From Lingula anatina (Eukaryota > Animalia > Brachiopoda), in the NCBI GenBank assembly GCA_051362555.1, contig CM120640.1, forward strand, positions 7,502,001 to 7,566,000: DNA of 64,000 bases, in the 5' to 3' direction. The notes beneath the pieces are model-generated. The model worked only from the letters and a program-made list of their open reading frames with translations, ran no database searches and was not told the DNA's origin. Positions 42,001 through 54,900 of this stretch are shown in pieces. Position 1 is the stretch's first letter. Each line of letters starts with the position of its first letter. The position numbers and the translations under genes were made by a program.

Positions 42001-42623
42001 ATGTTTGGCAGTTGAACCTACATGTACCTTCCTTATAAAGCTGTGTCACGTATACCAACCTTGCACCTTTATCTTCAGTGAATCTCCTCTACCACTAGTA
42101 GAAGTGGCCATTCGCAATCAGAACGAGGCTGACACCTGGTGTCCCTTCCTGGAGACACTGACAGACGCAGAGATGGAGAAAAAGATAAGGGATCAAGACA
42201 GAAACACAAGGTAATATTTTAATCTTAGAAGTAATTTTTTTCTTGTTAATGTTTTCTGTATAGAAAACCATTTGACCCTTATTTTATAAAGTTTGTAACC
42301 CTGAATCTTGACATGCACAACTCCATACTCTTACTCTCAAGTCAATGAAGATAGTATCTCTTTAACCTTTTACAAAGGGAAGATATTTTTTCATTAAGTT
42401 CAATTTAATGATTTTTATGTAGTGGCATTTCAAATGTTTTTTTTAGAAAATTGACAATTAGCAAGTGAAAATGTTCAGGTGGATCAAGCTGAAGTGGCTC
42501 TTGTCTAACCCCACTTTAAAACCTTTTTTTCTTGATTAAAATCAAACCTGTATATTAATTTAAAATAATCTTTTCTCTTTCAGGCGTATGCGGCGTTTGG
42601 CCAATACAGCACCATCATGGTAA
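31713..42623 (+). CDS. SMARCB1: SWI/SNF core subunit SMARCB1/SNF5/INI1, complete, 384 aa
   Basis: join(31713..31823,34370..34475,38213..38354,39335..39472,39857..39984,40495..40661,40950..41058,41445..41526,42079..42210,42584..42623) = 1155 nt, all GT-AG and in frame. Motifs: [100 protein letters not shown] at 42710. Confidence 0.97.
32514..32771. mobile_element. MITE family 1, copy 4 (diverged subfamily) in SMARCB1 intron 1
   Basis: TAA|GGCTGCGTGCACATG...CATGTGAACGCAGCC|TAA; arms homologous to family 1. Confidence 0.85.
32851..33421. mobile_element. Palindromic MITE interrupted by a ~310-bp insertion that includes an (ATTT)n tract at 33038-33086
   Basis: CCCATTCAGCATGGATGACCTGAGTACTT (32855) pairs with AAGTACTCAGATCATCCATTCTAAATGGG (33390). 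The inner arms CGACCACAGTTCAAA / TTTGAACTGTGGTCG resume at ~33200. Confidence 0.55.
36047..36418 (+). pseudogene. YqaJ/lambda-exonuclease-like gene remnant of the ISL2EU element
   Basis: Reads [22 protein letters not shown] and later [28 protein letters not shown], both YqaJ-family motifs, with a stop and frame breaks. Confidence 0.8.
36730..37340. repeat. Two-copy AT-rich tandem duplication (~310-bp period) inside the ISL2EU element
   Basis: ATTTGGTTTT.CTGCTTTTTAA...TTTCTTAAACTGTTACAAAAAG...CCATTGGCTGAGAAATTGCA occurs at ~36744 and ~37054. Confidence 0.85.
37444..37786 (-). pseudogene. THAP-domain/DDE transposase remnant (N-terminus fused to C-terminus by deletion)
   Basis: ATG at 37786 gives [31 protein letters not shown] (THAP start, W to stop), followed directly by [10 protein letters not shown]...[25 protein letters not shown] (Harbinger/ISL2EU DDE C-terminal motif, catalytic E to K). 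Confidence 0.8.
38583..38935. mobile_element. Degenerate palindromic MITE in SMARCB1 intron 3
   Basis: CACAAATGCCCAAATTAACGACTCCAGCCACAAATTAAC...AATTACTTGCCAC pairs with GTGGCAAGTAATT...TTTTGTGGCTAGAGTTGTTAATTTGAGGATTTGTG. Confidence 0.55.
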
Positions 42624-44097
42624 AACTAAAGGTGTATGAGGACTGTTTAATCACATAACGTTGTGATTTTGTAAATATGTATAGAGACTAAAATCCAAAA
42701 TGTATACCAAATAAAAATGGAAACTTCTGCATTTTGGTAATATTTTCATATAAGACAGGAAGAGTACAAAATAAATTGATAAAAAGGCAAGTGTTTTTAT
42801 GATATATTACTTATGTTGAATAAACAATCTTCGCTAAATTATGAACCAAAATAATATCATGAAACTGTACAAACAGTTACCCATTCTTTGCAGACAAACT
42901 TGCTAGTCTTCAGCAAGTTTACTAAATGTTGTAAAATTTGTCGTAATTTACAGTCAGAGATGAAATTTTGGTATGATAGCTGTTTAGCATGGTTGTACCT
43001 ATTATATGTACATGCTCTAAAAGATAATTTGAAAATAAAAATATACAATCCATTCTTTGCTGTTATCACCATGACCATCAGCTTCAGTGTACCCTGTGCT
43101 CAGTACTCTCTAAAAGGGCCACGGATTATGTGCACTTTTGTCCAATGCCTGGAGAAATTGTCATGAATTAATCAGAGACATATCTGCCAATATCTGGTAA
43201 AAAATAAATCTGTGGCACTGGTAGAGGGTATGTGCTCCTAGCATAGGAGCAGCTGGCCAGTGTAGAAAACTGTAACTGCAAAAGTAAAATGTATGGTTCT
43301 CAAAAGCAAGAGAGCCATCTGAGGTAAACTTCCTTAGTGAGATACGTTATATACCAGATCATGAGATAAGTTAAATGCATTTTAGGAGACAAAAATGCTT
43401 TTTATTTTTCATGATGGTTGAAATACAAATTTCTGACATTAAAAATGGATGATAAAATAAATTATTTAAATTTGACAGCAATGACTTTCATAACTGATAA
43501 AAACTGTACAATTGTATACTTTCAAAATTATAAATATTTTACAAAAACAATTATTCAATCGACATGCTTTTATATATATAGCAATGCATATTGCCATGGT
43601 ATATGAACCGTGCTTTAACCTTAACTACAAGAATCTTTGACTTAAAAACTGTTTAAAATTTCCATAGTTTTTCAACTATTCAATTTTTGTTATGATATTG
43701 ATCATTGTAATTATTGAAATGTATTCTACATTGTGGTAGAGGTAGAAGCAAATAACAAGTTGTTGGGATGTTGAGATAAGCCATGTAACTGAAAGACTAC
43801 TGACAAAAAAATATCGCTAACTGCCCCTTCAGCTTTGAACACAGAATAAAAACAAATTATTACCAATTACAATCAAACTGATGCAGTCTTTGTAGCTGAA
43901 ATTGATATTAATATTGCTGTTTAAGTAATAAATGTCTTTAAAATTTTAATAATTGCATACCTTGCATATCAACTAGTTTTAAAGACTTCATGCTTAAAAT
44001 CAAAATTGCCATCATTTTAATAATTGGTCTTGATCACAGACACTACAGCCACCAGGTGGCCGCATGATACACCAGGGTCCTTTCAGACTTTTCTCTG

Positions 44098-44450
44098 AAC
44101 GAGTAACATTGAAAGGAACAATCTATTTTTATGCTAGAAATTAAAACTGACTATGAACTGACTTTTCTATGAATGAGTAACATTGAAAGGAACAATCTAT
44201 TTTTATGCCACAAATTAAAACTGTCTATGAACTGACTTTTCTATGAATGAGTAACATTGAAAGTAATCTATTTTATGCTAGAAGTTAAAATTGTCTATGA
44301 ACTGACTCTTCTATGAATGAGTAACATTGAAAGTAATAATCTATTTTTATGCTAGAAATTAAAACTATGAACTGACTTTTCTATGAATGAGTAACATTGA
44401 AAGTAACAATCTATTTTTATGCTAGAGATTAAAACTGTTTATGAATTAAC
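44098..44450. repeat. Minisatellite, ~5 copies of a ~70-74-bp unit
   Basis: The unit ATGAGTAACATTGAAAG(G/T)AACAATCTATTTTTATGCTAGAAATTAAAACTGTCTATGAACTGACTTTTCTATGA is repeated head-to-tail. Confidence 0.93.
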
Positions 44451-44908
44451 TATCTGACATTAGGTTTTGCCAGACTACAACCCTGTAACATTAGCAACTG
44501 GTCTCATGCAACATTTGGTAACCCACTTATCAAAAGACTTAGAAGCTAGTTGTCGAATAAGACCAGCATAAATTTTAGAAATTGTTGTATTATTTTTTTA
44601 ACTTTCTGTAGATTTTATTTTCTTACTAGTTACTAAGTGACAACTGACATATTTTGTAATAAAAATAAAATATCACATTTAAGCAAAATTGTAATATCAA
44701 AATAATCTCAACAGTGAAATAAAAATTTTAAAGTGAGTATGGTCTTGTTAAATGCAATATGCCCTTCTTTATTTCATGAACACTCAAAATTTGTGACTAT
44801 TAATAAAAAACGCTATTATAATTTCACTTAGCCTGCTGCACCTTCTTGTCAGCGCAACACCTGGCCACTGGACTATTGTGAGGCTAATATCAGTCCACTT
44901 CAAAGCAC

Positions 44909-47900
44909 TTAATCCTTTGAATGCTTGTTACTGGCACTTCCCTTATCTTGCTGCAGGAGGAAGTCTATGTGGGCCATCACATACCACAGCTGAAAGGTGA
45001 AAATATAAAATGAAGTACTGGCTGTTCCACAGAGCGTCTACCATAACACTATACTTAGTACTTTGTGTTACAAATAAATTACAAATGACTTATTTACAAT
45101 GATGTTTGTATCTATAGATGCCTAAGTTATAATACAAATACTTCTAATTCACCTATCCCAAAATATAAGGTATTAAAAAATGCACCTTTCTTTCAACAAA
45201 ATCCAACAAAAAAATAGATATGCTGTTTACAGAAATACCAGGAGAAGTGATATTCTACCTCACAGTACAGTGCCAGGAACCTCCCCAACATCAGAGAGAT
45301 CACAGTTATTTGTTGCACCACAGTAGGCAGGAGAGGTACTAAAGCTTGGTGCTGGATCCCATATAACCACACAGGTAAGATATGGACCCCAAGGATTACC
45401 ACAGTACCCAGGAATGTCTTGAAATCTGAAATGAAAGACAATAGATGGTACGTTCAGTCAACTTCTTTGGCTGACATCTATTTCTTAACTCAAAACAAGT
45501 AAAAGGTGATGTAGATGATTCTTAATAACATCTAGTATAATACTTACTTTTCTCCATAACTTTCTGCACAAGCCAAGGTGCTGTAATAGGGGTAACCTTC
45601 CAAGTTGCTCCAGCTTGTGCATGACTCCCTACAAATACTAGCCATTCAAAGGCTATTACGAAATAACCCCACTGAAGAAAAATCAAAATTGCACACAGTT
45701 AATATATACTATATCAATATACAATACACAATAGCAAATAGTGCTTTGAAGTCACAAATAAGACATCTTTAAGAAATGTCAATATTAATTATTTTTTTCA
45801 AATATTTTTACCTTATATATTAATAAAATGCACTTCATTCATATTAAATAAATTTTATTCATATCAAAAAATTTATTTTAAAAAGTTTATGTGTGTGAAC
45901 CATCAACAATGCATATACATTCAAACAGGACAATGACACAGTTAGTTTTTTTTTTAACAAAATAACAAAGACACAAAGCACTTATAAAGAAAACTGATTA
46001 ACTGTGTAAACGTAACTCGTGAAGAGAATCCAAGATACTTCAGGTTGTTTTCTCATTGCTGATGGTACAATAACCTTTAAATTAACTCTCCTGTCCCAGT
46101 AGTACTTACATTAAATAAAGTACACCATAGCATCCCCCTGCCAATCAAGTCAATGGCCACGTCTAACTGAATTTGAAAAAAAAAAGCATTAGCTGACATG
46201 GAAATCCAAAGTATATATTCATAAAAATGCAATTTATATTGTTCCTGTGACTCAATACGCCTAATGAAAAAGTACTTCAAGTCAAGGGAAAATTTAATCA
46301 AATGAAAGAACCGTATCCTTTTGATGTATTTTCCCGTTGAATGTCATATTTCAAAAGAACAGCTCATGGGTTTTTGTTTTCTTTAATGATCCCCGTTTCC
46401 TTAGAAACAACCTGCGTTAAGGCCTCGAAGGCAGGCTACATCCTTTTTCAGTAATGAAATTACTACTCCTGCCAACTTATTGCACTTGGACAAGGAATGA
46501 AAATGCATGGGAGACATGGAGCTGTTAAGAATGCTAAAACCCAATTATTAAGAAAAATATCTGTAAGATCGCATTCACAACGAGTTGTGCCAGGCTTTAC
46601 AAATCCTGGGGACTAAATATGGCGGACGTATACATGAAAGAAAAACCGCCTAATCTTTTAATAGTCTCTCCGCCTCTCACACGCCTCCCCATGTGTTGTC
46701 CCAATGGAGCCGAGATTTAATGACTGTCCCCCCCCGCAGGGACAATGTGTGGGGAGGCATGTGAGAGGCGGAGAGACTATTAAAAGATAAGGCGATTTTT
46801 CTTTCATGTACGTCCGCCATATTTAGTCCCTAGGATTTGTAAAGCCTGGCTCAACTCGTTGTGAATGCAATCTTAGAGGTACTCCACACAGCATTTTAGG
46901 GTTGTTGGTTCAATAGTGTGGTGGTTTGTATATGAAAAAAAAAACAGCTGCTGACCTCATTATGATTTCATGTAGCGGTCTTTTTGGTCATTAATCTCAT
47001 GAACTGACCCCTTAACAGAACAGATCTGAGATAAAGCAATTTTTAAATGTTTATATAACCTAATGACTATCTATTGCTCAGACACCTTTCCTTTCTGATT
47101 TTTATCACAAAGCTTGGTGCTGGACCTATACTTAGAGTGTCTATTACTGTATAACTTAGAGACACATTTACAGTCAAGTTACAAAAGCATAACTTAGGCC
47201 ACATTCCCATAGACACCATTAGTCTATGTAGCTAGATCCATCTCGCTCTTGCTGAGTGCAATCAGTTTTACTGAAGGACACTCCTCCTTCTGGCATTGAG
47301 TAGAATACAGAAAAGCTGCTGATTATATGAGTACGTTGAAAACAACAGGAGGCAAATCATTCAGTTTAGCTGCTTGCACTCAGCTAGAGTCCCCGCAGAT
47401 TTGGTTCGATTTTCATAGACCAATGGTGTCTATAGGAATGGGCCCTTTTCACATTGTGAAGCATACTGTACTTACCTGTGCATTACAGCAACACTTTATC
47501 TGGTGCTATATGTGACTATATGTGCACTAGTGAAATCAGGATTTTGCCAGAGAGGAGGGTTGTGGCGCAAGCTTTAAATTTTTTGTATGTCAAATGATCG
47601 AATCAAACATGATATAATAGGCAGCCCCCCTCCCCTAGATCTGCCACTGCTTACAATCAGTACATGTAACTACTACTAGTACCTCAGCAAACTGTGTGAT
47701 CATGATACCCTTCCTTCCATAGGAAACTGAGGTAATGGGTCCTGACTTATAATAATAACAATGGTGGTGCCAACAGAACAATATAAGGTACCAGTGGCTC
47801 CCTTCAGTTTGTATAATGGTTAGATATTGTATGTTACCATGCAGGCTGCCTAATGAGTAAAGATACTAATAAGTCAAACCCAATAAAATTTACCATAAAA

Positions 47901-49278
47901 ATTTGCATAAAATGCCTGCATTTCTGAAACTCACCCATGCTCCAAAAACAGAACTCTGATCAAGTTGCCTTGCAAGTATTCCATCAATTCCTGTTAAGAG
48001 ATACCAGAATCAAAATTAAATAATGTTAGTATATAGTTTATATACATACTGATATAAGCGATATCTTAAAATTTGGCAAGGTAACAATTTTTTGTGAGTG
48101 CATGCACATTAATTGTGATGTTTATCTAGTACAATAGACACCATGTGGAAAAATATATATATAGATACCGGTAGATATAGATAGACTTACCATCTAAAAT
48201 AACAGAGCTTCCATAAACAGGTAAGAAGACTTCAGGTCTGTTAAAATATGTCCATGATATTGCCAACAACACTAGTCTCACATAGCCTGGAATGATATAA
48301 ATGCACTGAAGTATACTGTAAAAATAAAATCAATATTTCTGTTTAAGTGACAGTCTTCTTCTTATTAATAAACAAAACTGGATTACATTACTATCTGCAT
48401 GGCAAACCAACCAATTTGCTCTTAGATATAACAAAGATAACTTAGGGCAGTAGAATTGGCTGATACATCCAAGAAATGAAGAGGGAGAAAAACATCTTGC
48501 AAGTGGTCCTTATAACCAAAGTGCTTGCATGGCCATAGCAAAATTGCTTTAAAGACAAATGGGGTTTTCTTTTCCTTTTTGTATCAAAAGTAATCAATTT
48601 TTGCAATTCATATCATTATGATCACAAAAAAATATACAAGTCAACTATAAACTGCATCAGCTAGATGACACCCACAGAAATTGAAGATAATTAAAAATTC
48701 AGGACCAAGACCATCTTCAGGAGGTGTCAATTAATGCATTTCTTGTGAGAATCAATCACCTATAATTTGAATAAATGAACTTATATATATATATTTTAAC
48801 TAAATTGGCAATAGGAAGGAGATCAGTGTCTCATGATCAGTTGAATCTGTTCAAACCAAAACTAGATGTCTTAAAAAATTACAGTTTTAATGTTTTTATA
48901 GAGACAACAAAATTATTCAAGTAAACTACAGTGAGTACAGTATAAATGACTTTGCAGCCCTTAAGTTTGTTCAACATTACATTATTGTGGCTTCAAGAGT
49001 TTGTATTAATCCGTGCAAGGATATGAATTAACCCACGTGTTACTGCATTTGTGTACTTGTAAAATGCCTTGTATTTTAGGAAGCCTGCTTTCAAAAATCA
49101 CTGTTAAATCATCTTATTCTCTGTTAAGAGCATGCCTCTAGCTCTACTTGTTGGACTTGTTTCCACTTTTTTAAAAATTCTATCTTTAATCATCTATCAT
49201 TCCAATGTTGCCCAAATGAAAAAAGCACCCATACGTACCGACAATGTTTGGTATATATAAAAGAATTTCATAACCCAT
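44909..49278 (-). CDS. CDP-alcohol phosphatidyltransferase family protein (PI-synthase-like paralog), complete, 206 aa
   Basis: complement join(49239..49278,48191..48286,47935..47990,46110..46166,45548..45671,45259..45425,44909..44989) = 621 nt, GT-AG, in frame. Starts MGYEILLYIPNIVGYVRL and carries the complete family signature LDGIDGILARQLDQSSVFGAWLDVAID, followed by several hydrophobic segments. Confidence 0.9.
46567..46872. mobile_element. Palindromic MITE family 2, short variant with different termini
   Basis: GATCGCATTCACAACGAG...CTCGTTGTGAATGCAATC; inner arms match 12891-13474. Confidence 0.85.
47197..47444. mobile_element. MITE family 3A
   Basis: GGCCACATTCCCATAGACACCATT...AATGGTGTCTATAGGAATGGGCC; shares the 3A core. 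Confidence 0.75.
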
Positions 49279-49719
49279 AGTAGTTTAATAAGCAGGACAA
49301 AACATAATCACAACACAACATGGGTCTTGTTTACATCACGTGTACACAATATGACGTAGTTTGCATAGTTTAGTGCGTGCGCAGGTGTCACATTGTAGTG
49401 ATCGCTTTGGAGTCGTCGCGAAACGAACAATTGTTTTTGTTGCAAATTGCATTCTTTTGTTTGCATATAAACCCACCCTCTTCAGTCTTTACACAACTGT
49501 ACTTTGTATGTACGAGGAATAGGTCAATAAATCGATTTGGTTAGAGTTCATTTATCTCTCTGATTGCGGCAGATGTGAGAAACGGAAGTGAAGTCCGCCA
49601 TGTTCCGATGACAAATTCTCCTTGATGAACACTGACAGATTTTCGATTTTTTCTTCCGAGAAATTTAAGAACCGACTGAGATTGACAGGATTTTTCATGA
49701 GACTGTTCTTCTTTTATAG
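49279..49719. promoter_or_regulatory. Putative bidirectional promoter plus non-coding first exon of the X11/Mint gene
   Basis: Locally CpG-richer (CACGTG, ATGACGTA, TGCGTGCGCA, TCGCGA, CGGAAGTG). Lies between the minus-strand ATG at 49278 and a plus-strand consensus donor AG|GTGAGT at 49719/49720. The X11 coding exon has an acceptor just 18 nt before its ATG. Confidence 0.55.
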
Positions 49720-51958
49720 GTGAGTTGCATATGTCAATATTTATGTAAGACCTTAATGAAATATTAAGTTGATCTGCTGTAAATATTACTGAGAGTCGAA
49801 CGATTATTGACAAGTGACATCACCAGGGTCATTAGAATAAGCTTGCCTATGAAAGTAAAATAAAGGTCATTTACCTGTTTAACTGCTCATTCCAGCGACT
49901 TAGTGATTATTTGAACGCATTTCTAGAAGCATGATATGGATCAATTTCATACTTTATATTTTTTTGGTATTAATTTCCCAAATTCCGAGATTTTTTTCTG
50001 GTAATTTGATTGTCTTGCTTCATAGTATTTTGAGTCATAGCTAGACTAACACAGTAGAACAATGGTTTCATGATTTGAATTTCGTTATCCAATGGAGTCT
50101 TATTCCCATAGTTCAACTATTAGATTTGAATGACAATTACATATATTTGGAAAGGTTTCTGTACAGTTATCCACATGTAATATGTACTGTATATAGATCT
50201 TCAAAACAAATACTGTACTTGTAATTAGTCACATGTCTCACGTATGAATGATAAATTGCAAATGTACAGTAAGTTGACCTTTTAAATGTGAAATTGTTGT
50301 GCTGCAGGACAATTTATTCCCTGTTTATAAATTTGTATTTCCCAACTTACCCAGAAGACTGACAGGTTAACTATGATATTGATGCTTCGTTGTTAAGAGT
50401 GAATAAAAAAGAAGAGAAAGCTGTAAAAGTCTTGAATTTACACGTGAAGCGAGCATGGATTTCCAGCAGTGCATTATACCACTAGTTTCTTAAAGGACTA
50501 AAAAAAATCCAAATTATTCCCTTGTTCTGCCCAAAAATAGCTTGAAAAATACACCTTCAAATTTGTGGGCCGGTGGAAATGGACTATTTGTCTGTCCCTC
50601 TAGTTTGTTAATGTTTGCTATATAACGTATAGTAGTCAGTTGCATTGCATAATCATAATTCAAATGTATGGATACAGCTGCACATGCAACTGCATACTTA
50701 TTCAGTGAGTTGCTGAAAACGTCCAAGGATTATATACAGTACTGAGAGAAAACAGAAAATATCAATTCAAATATAACTTTTCAGGAAATATGAAATGATG
50801 TCCTTTGGTATTTCTCTAAGTTATACTAACAGTTTGAAGATCTATGTGGTGGCATTTGGTTGGGTTTTATGGCAAAAAAAAATGACTTAAAATGCATCAT
50901 TAAATATAAGACTATCATAGGTCGACGCTAGCATAGCAAGGTTTAATAAATGTAGTGTATTTGTCTCAAGCAAATAACATGTCAATTTATGACTTGAGGA
51001 CAGCGGATCTCTTAAATACCCAGTAGTTCATTTACTGATATGTGTTATCTGTCTTAGTTCATATATAAATAACTTAAAAGGAACATTGAGGTATTTGCAC
51101 AACTTAGGGTTTCAGACCAGCTTATAAAAACGTACATATCTGCCAAATAGTAGACTTTTTATTTTGATGCTTGTTCTTAATTCATTCCTTTTACTGTATG
51201 TTATGAAGAAACCCTGTTGTTTAAATCAGATCTTTTATTCTAAAAAAAAAAAAAAGCCAGGTTTATAAGGCACATGTGATTAGTGTGGTAGTTAAACTTG
51301 GACAGGTTGATAAACTTACTTACAATTTGCATTTTTCAATGAACTGTGGTGAAAGAATTATGAACTGCTCTCTCTAGATATATATGTAAGCTTTAGATTA
51401 TCAAGGAAATATTCTTGATAGCATTATATCAAAATATAATATTACACTTTAACATGTATTTTGATTATTTTGATAACTTCATTTATATTTTTATGCAACA
51501 AATTTGCTGAGGCTCTCACCTTAAGAAATTACATTATTTTTGTTAGGCAATTCTTAGGCTAAAGACTGATAATTGTGGTTATTTGTTATTGATTGAGGTA
51601 GGCTAAAGCAGTTGTGTCTGGCTCTGACATTGAAAATTGACACCTTGAAGGGTGCTTAATATTCAATGAGACTTTAGTGTAGCATCTGCAAGAACTAAAT
51701 CAGACTAAATGACCAGAGTAAGTCAATGTCATGCTTTGACCTTTGCTATCCACAGGTAAACCTAAAGAAAATATTTCATGTAATATGATGTTATTGACCT
51801 ATTATCAATCAATTTAGCAGTGCTTTGTAGACGAAATGCTTTCCGTTTAATTTCTCTTTCAGATAAAGGTCAGTGTAGGAAAAGTTGTTCGCGATCTCTT
51901 GCGAAAAATATCTTAAAGCATTTTTTTATTCTTATTTTAGGTGAAATAAAATATCTAA

Positions 51959-54900
51959 ATGGAACAGGTGGAAAAAACTAGCCTGGAAACAGAGGAAATT
52001 GAGGATGGAGGAACATTGAAGAGAAAGAAACTGAAAGAAAAGCAAGAAGATAATTCAGAAGAAGAAGAAGAGAACGACGACTCAGCCAGTCATATGGAAA
52101 CAGAAAAGCCTGCTCAGGATGGTGAAGAGGACTGTTCAGATCATGCTGTTCCAGAGGAAGATAAAGCCATGACTAATATTGATGGTGTAGAACTTTCTGA
52201 AGGAGCACCAGGAGGGGAAGATAACAGTGACCCTGTTTTAAACATGTCTGTCTCTGTTATTGAGACAGACAACACATCTGAGGACTTAACAGAGACTGAT
52301 AATTTAAGCATGGTAGTGAATATCAGTAGCTCTCGGAGAGCTAGTGACGTCAGTAATGTGTCCTTTCCAAATTTCCAGTTAGAAGATGCAGGGAATGCAG
52401 AGGGCGAGGACCAGGATGTAGACTGCGATGTCGATCCAGAGACTCCCTATCAGCAAGATGGTGACGACTACCAACCCGAGGACTATGACGTGGATTGCGA
52501 TATGCCACTTGAGCTGGGCCCAGATACTGCAGGATGTTTAAGTATGCATGAAAGCAAATTGGATTACACTGATCAGATTAAGGAGAGAATAGATAAGAGG
52601 AAACACAAGGTCAACACCTCTGAGGAAATTCAAGGAGATTCCAATAAGATTAAAAGTGGTGATGTACTGCCAGGAAACAAGAAAATGGAGTCATTTCAGC
52701 AGCCTTTAGAAGGGGTCCATTTTCATGATAGACTGCACGACAATGAAATTAAAATAGATGGAAATAGTTCCAGTGATTTGGCTGACCTTGGTGTCAAGAG
52801 AAGAAACCCAGGCCATTATAATAAGACAACACACAGTGAAGCAGACGGTGGCTCAGATTTTTCTGCTGCTGCTGCAGTAAATGCCAATTATAATGGTATT
52901 CAAAAACGCAACAGTGCAGAAGTGAGGAATAATATCCCAGATGTCAGTGAAGTAAAGAGTTATGACATAGACACTGTCACTGATATGAAATCTGTGAGTT
53001 CCAATGTACTGCCTAGAATGAAGAAGAAGTCTCCAGGTTTAGCTCGCCGCATTGCAGATAAAGAGATATTGGATAGAGACACCTCCAGTTCTGAGAGAGA
53101 AACAGATCTAGATGTTTCTCTGAGAATGCATAGGAATATAAAATCTAATTTACCATCCAAGACTAATGGAGCAGAAAAGCATGTTGAAATTGAAACTTAT
53201 GATAATGTTCACAGTACAAATGGTGCAATACATGGAACTGAGGGGATCAAATACCTTGATATCAAGGATTCAAAAGACCCTACAAATGACATTGCAAATG
53301 AATATGATTATGTAAAATTTATGCGTGTGCAACCTGGCAGCTCTTATGTTGGGATGAGGCTGGCCTATTCTACATCAGATAAGCCAAATGGCAGTAGCAG
53401 GGACAGTTTGACAAACATAGGTGGTGACATTACCCCAGAGAGCCAAATGACACCCAAAAGAACTCCCCATCTATCCCATGGTAATGGCACCAGTTTTAAC
53501 CCCAAATTATTAGAGGAGAATTTGACTGAGATTCCTCTGAATTCTGACAGTTCCCAGACTGAAGGCAAGTACTTGTCTTTGTCTCCAGAAAACACAGAGT
53601 GTGACAGTGCAGAGGTGGAGAGCATCTGTTCAGACAGTGGCCTGGCCACCAACCTCATGCCCTCGGTGGAAGACGGCCTCTCTAGCAGCCAGCCCAGTGA
53701 CAGCGATGATGGCCCGGCAGACAAAGACATAGAAAACCCTATAGATATTTTGCAGTCTAAGCAAAGGGCTGAGGCAGAACAGTTTTTAAAGTCCACAAGT
53801 ACGCATGGTGTGAGCGACTCTCCCCAACACCCTCTTCCCACAGTAACTAGTAGATCAGCGGGACGCAGTGTGGCACAGCTTGACTTATCTTCCTACACAC
53901 TGGATCCTCTGATGATGAAGCAGTATGAGCAAGATAAACCCAATGATGTGAGCCAGGCCCTACATGATATCACCGTGGCCATAAAGAAGAGCAAGAGTAT
54001 GCCACTTAAAGCCCCATATCATAAAACAAATGGTGGAGAAAGCTCTGAAAGCCAAGAAGAACCAGTATGGGTAATGAGGTAATATATTATGAAATTTTCT
54101 GATCAAAGCAATTTTTATGTGCAATATCATGCTTGTCAGAGCAGTATTGAATAGATGATCAATGTCCGTTTGTAATGAAAGAAGTGCCATGTCTATTTTG
54201 TTCTTTATTGATTTTAAAGACCAATCTTTGCACTTCTGTGTATTTACCCACCATCTTTCCTAGATCATCAATATCATTAGTCTTTTTTTATAGACAGACG
54301 TGGTGTTTCCAATGTGAAGTGCATCACTTCCCATCATGTTCCAGATCAGCTGTGTCAAAAAAAAAAAAAAGAAAAAAAAAATTGAAATGACGTGTGCGGG
54401 ACACTGCTGCCATTACTCCCCATCAATCCAGTTTATATTTGAATTTCTTTGTTGAACTATGGGTGCATTCAAAGTTAATTTATCCTACTAGATACTGCGC
54501 ACTAAGACCCCATTTCCATAGATTTTAGATCGATCTATCCCTGTGGGGAGTCTCACTAGATTACTGTCAGCTTAGCCAGCTTAAGCGTCTGTCCCGCCTA
54601 CCGAAAGCTGTAAGGGGGTAATTAACTATGGTGCACGCTCGGCTTAGCGTGAACCCCCAGGGAGTTAGGTCGATCTAAATCTTAATCCCTGGATCGATCT
54701 AAATCTCTGGGAATACATCCTAACTCCATGGACACTCTCACTGATTGCAATCAGATTAACAGGCCTCCCCCTGGTGTTGAGTAGAGTACACAAAACTGGT
54801 GATTATAAGGGATATGTTGAAACAAAAGGTGTGTTAATCAGATTGCACCCAGTGAGAGGCCCCTTGGAATTAGTGGACAGTAGCTAGTATGATAGATTCA

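Noticed and set aside
44098-44450. Possible CRISPR-like array
   Set aside because: Units are homologous along their whole length with no unique spacers, there are no cas genes, and the context is eukaryotic.
52960-53841. Minus-strand ORFs of 66 and 158 aa
   Set aside because: Antisense shadows of the X11 coding exon, with no recognisable motifs.
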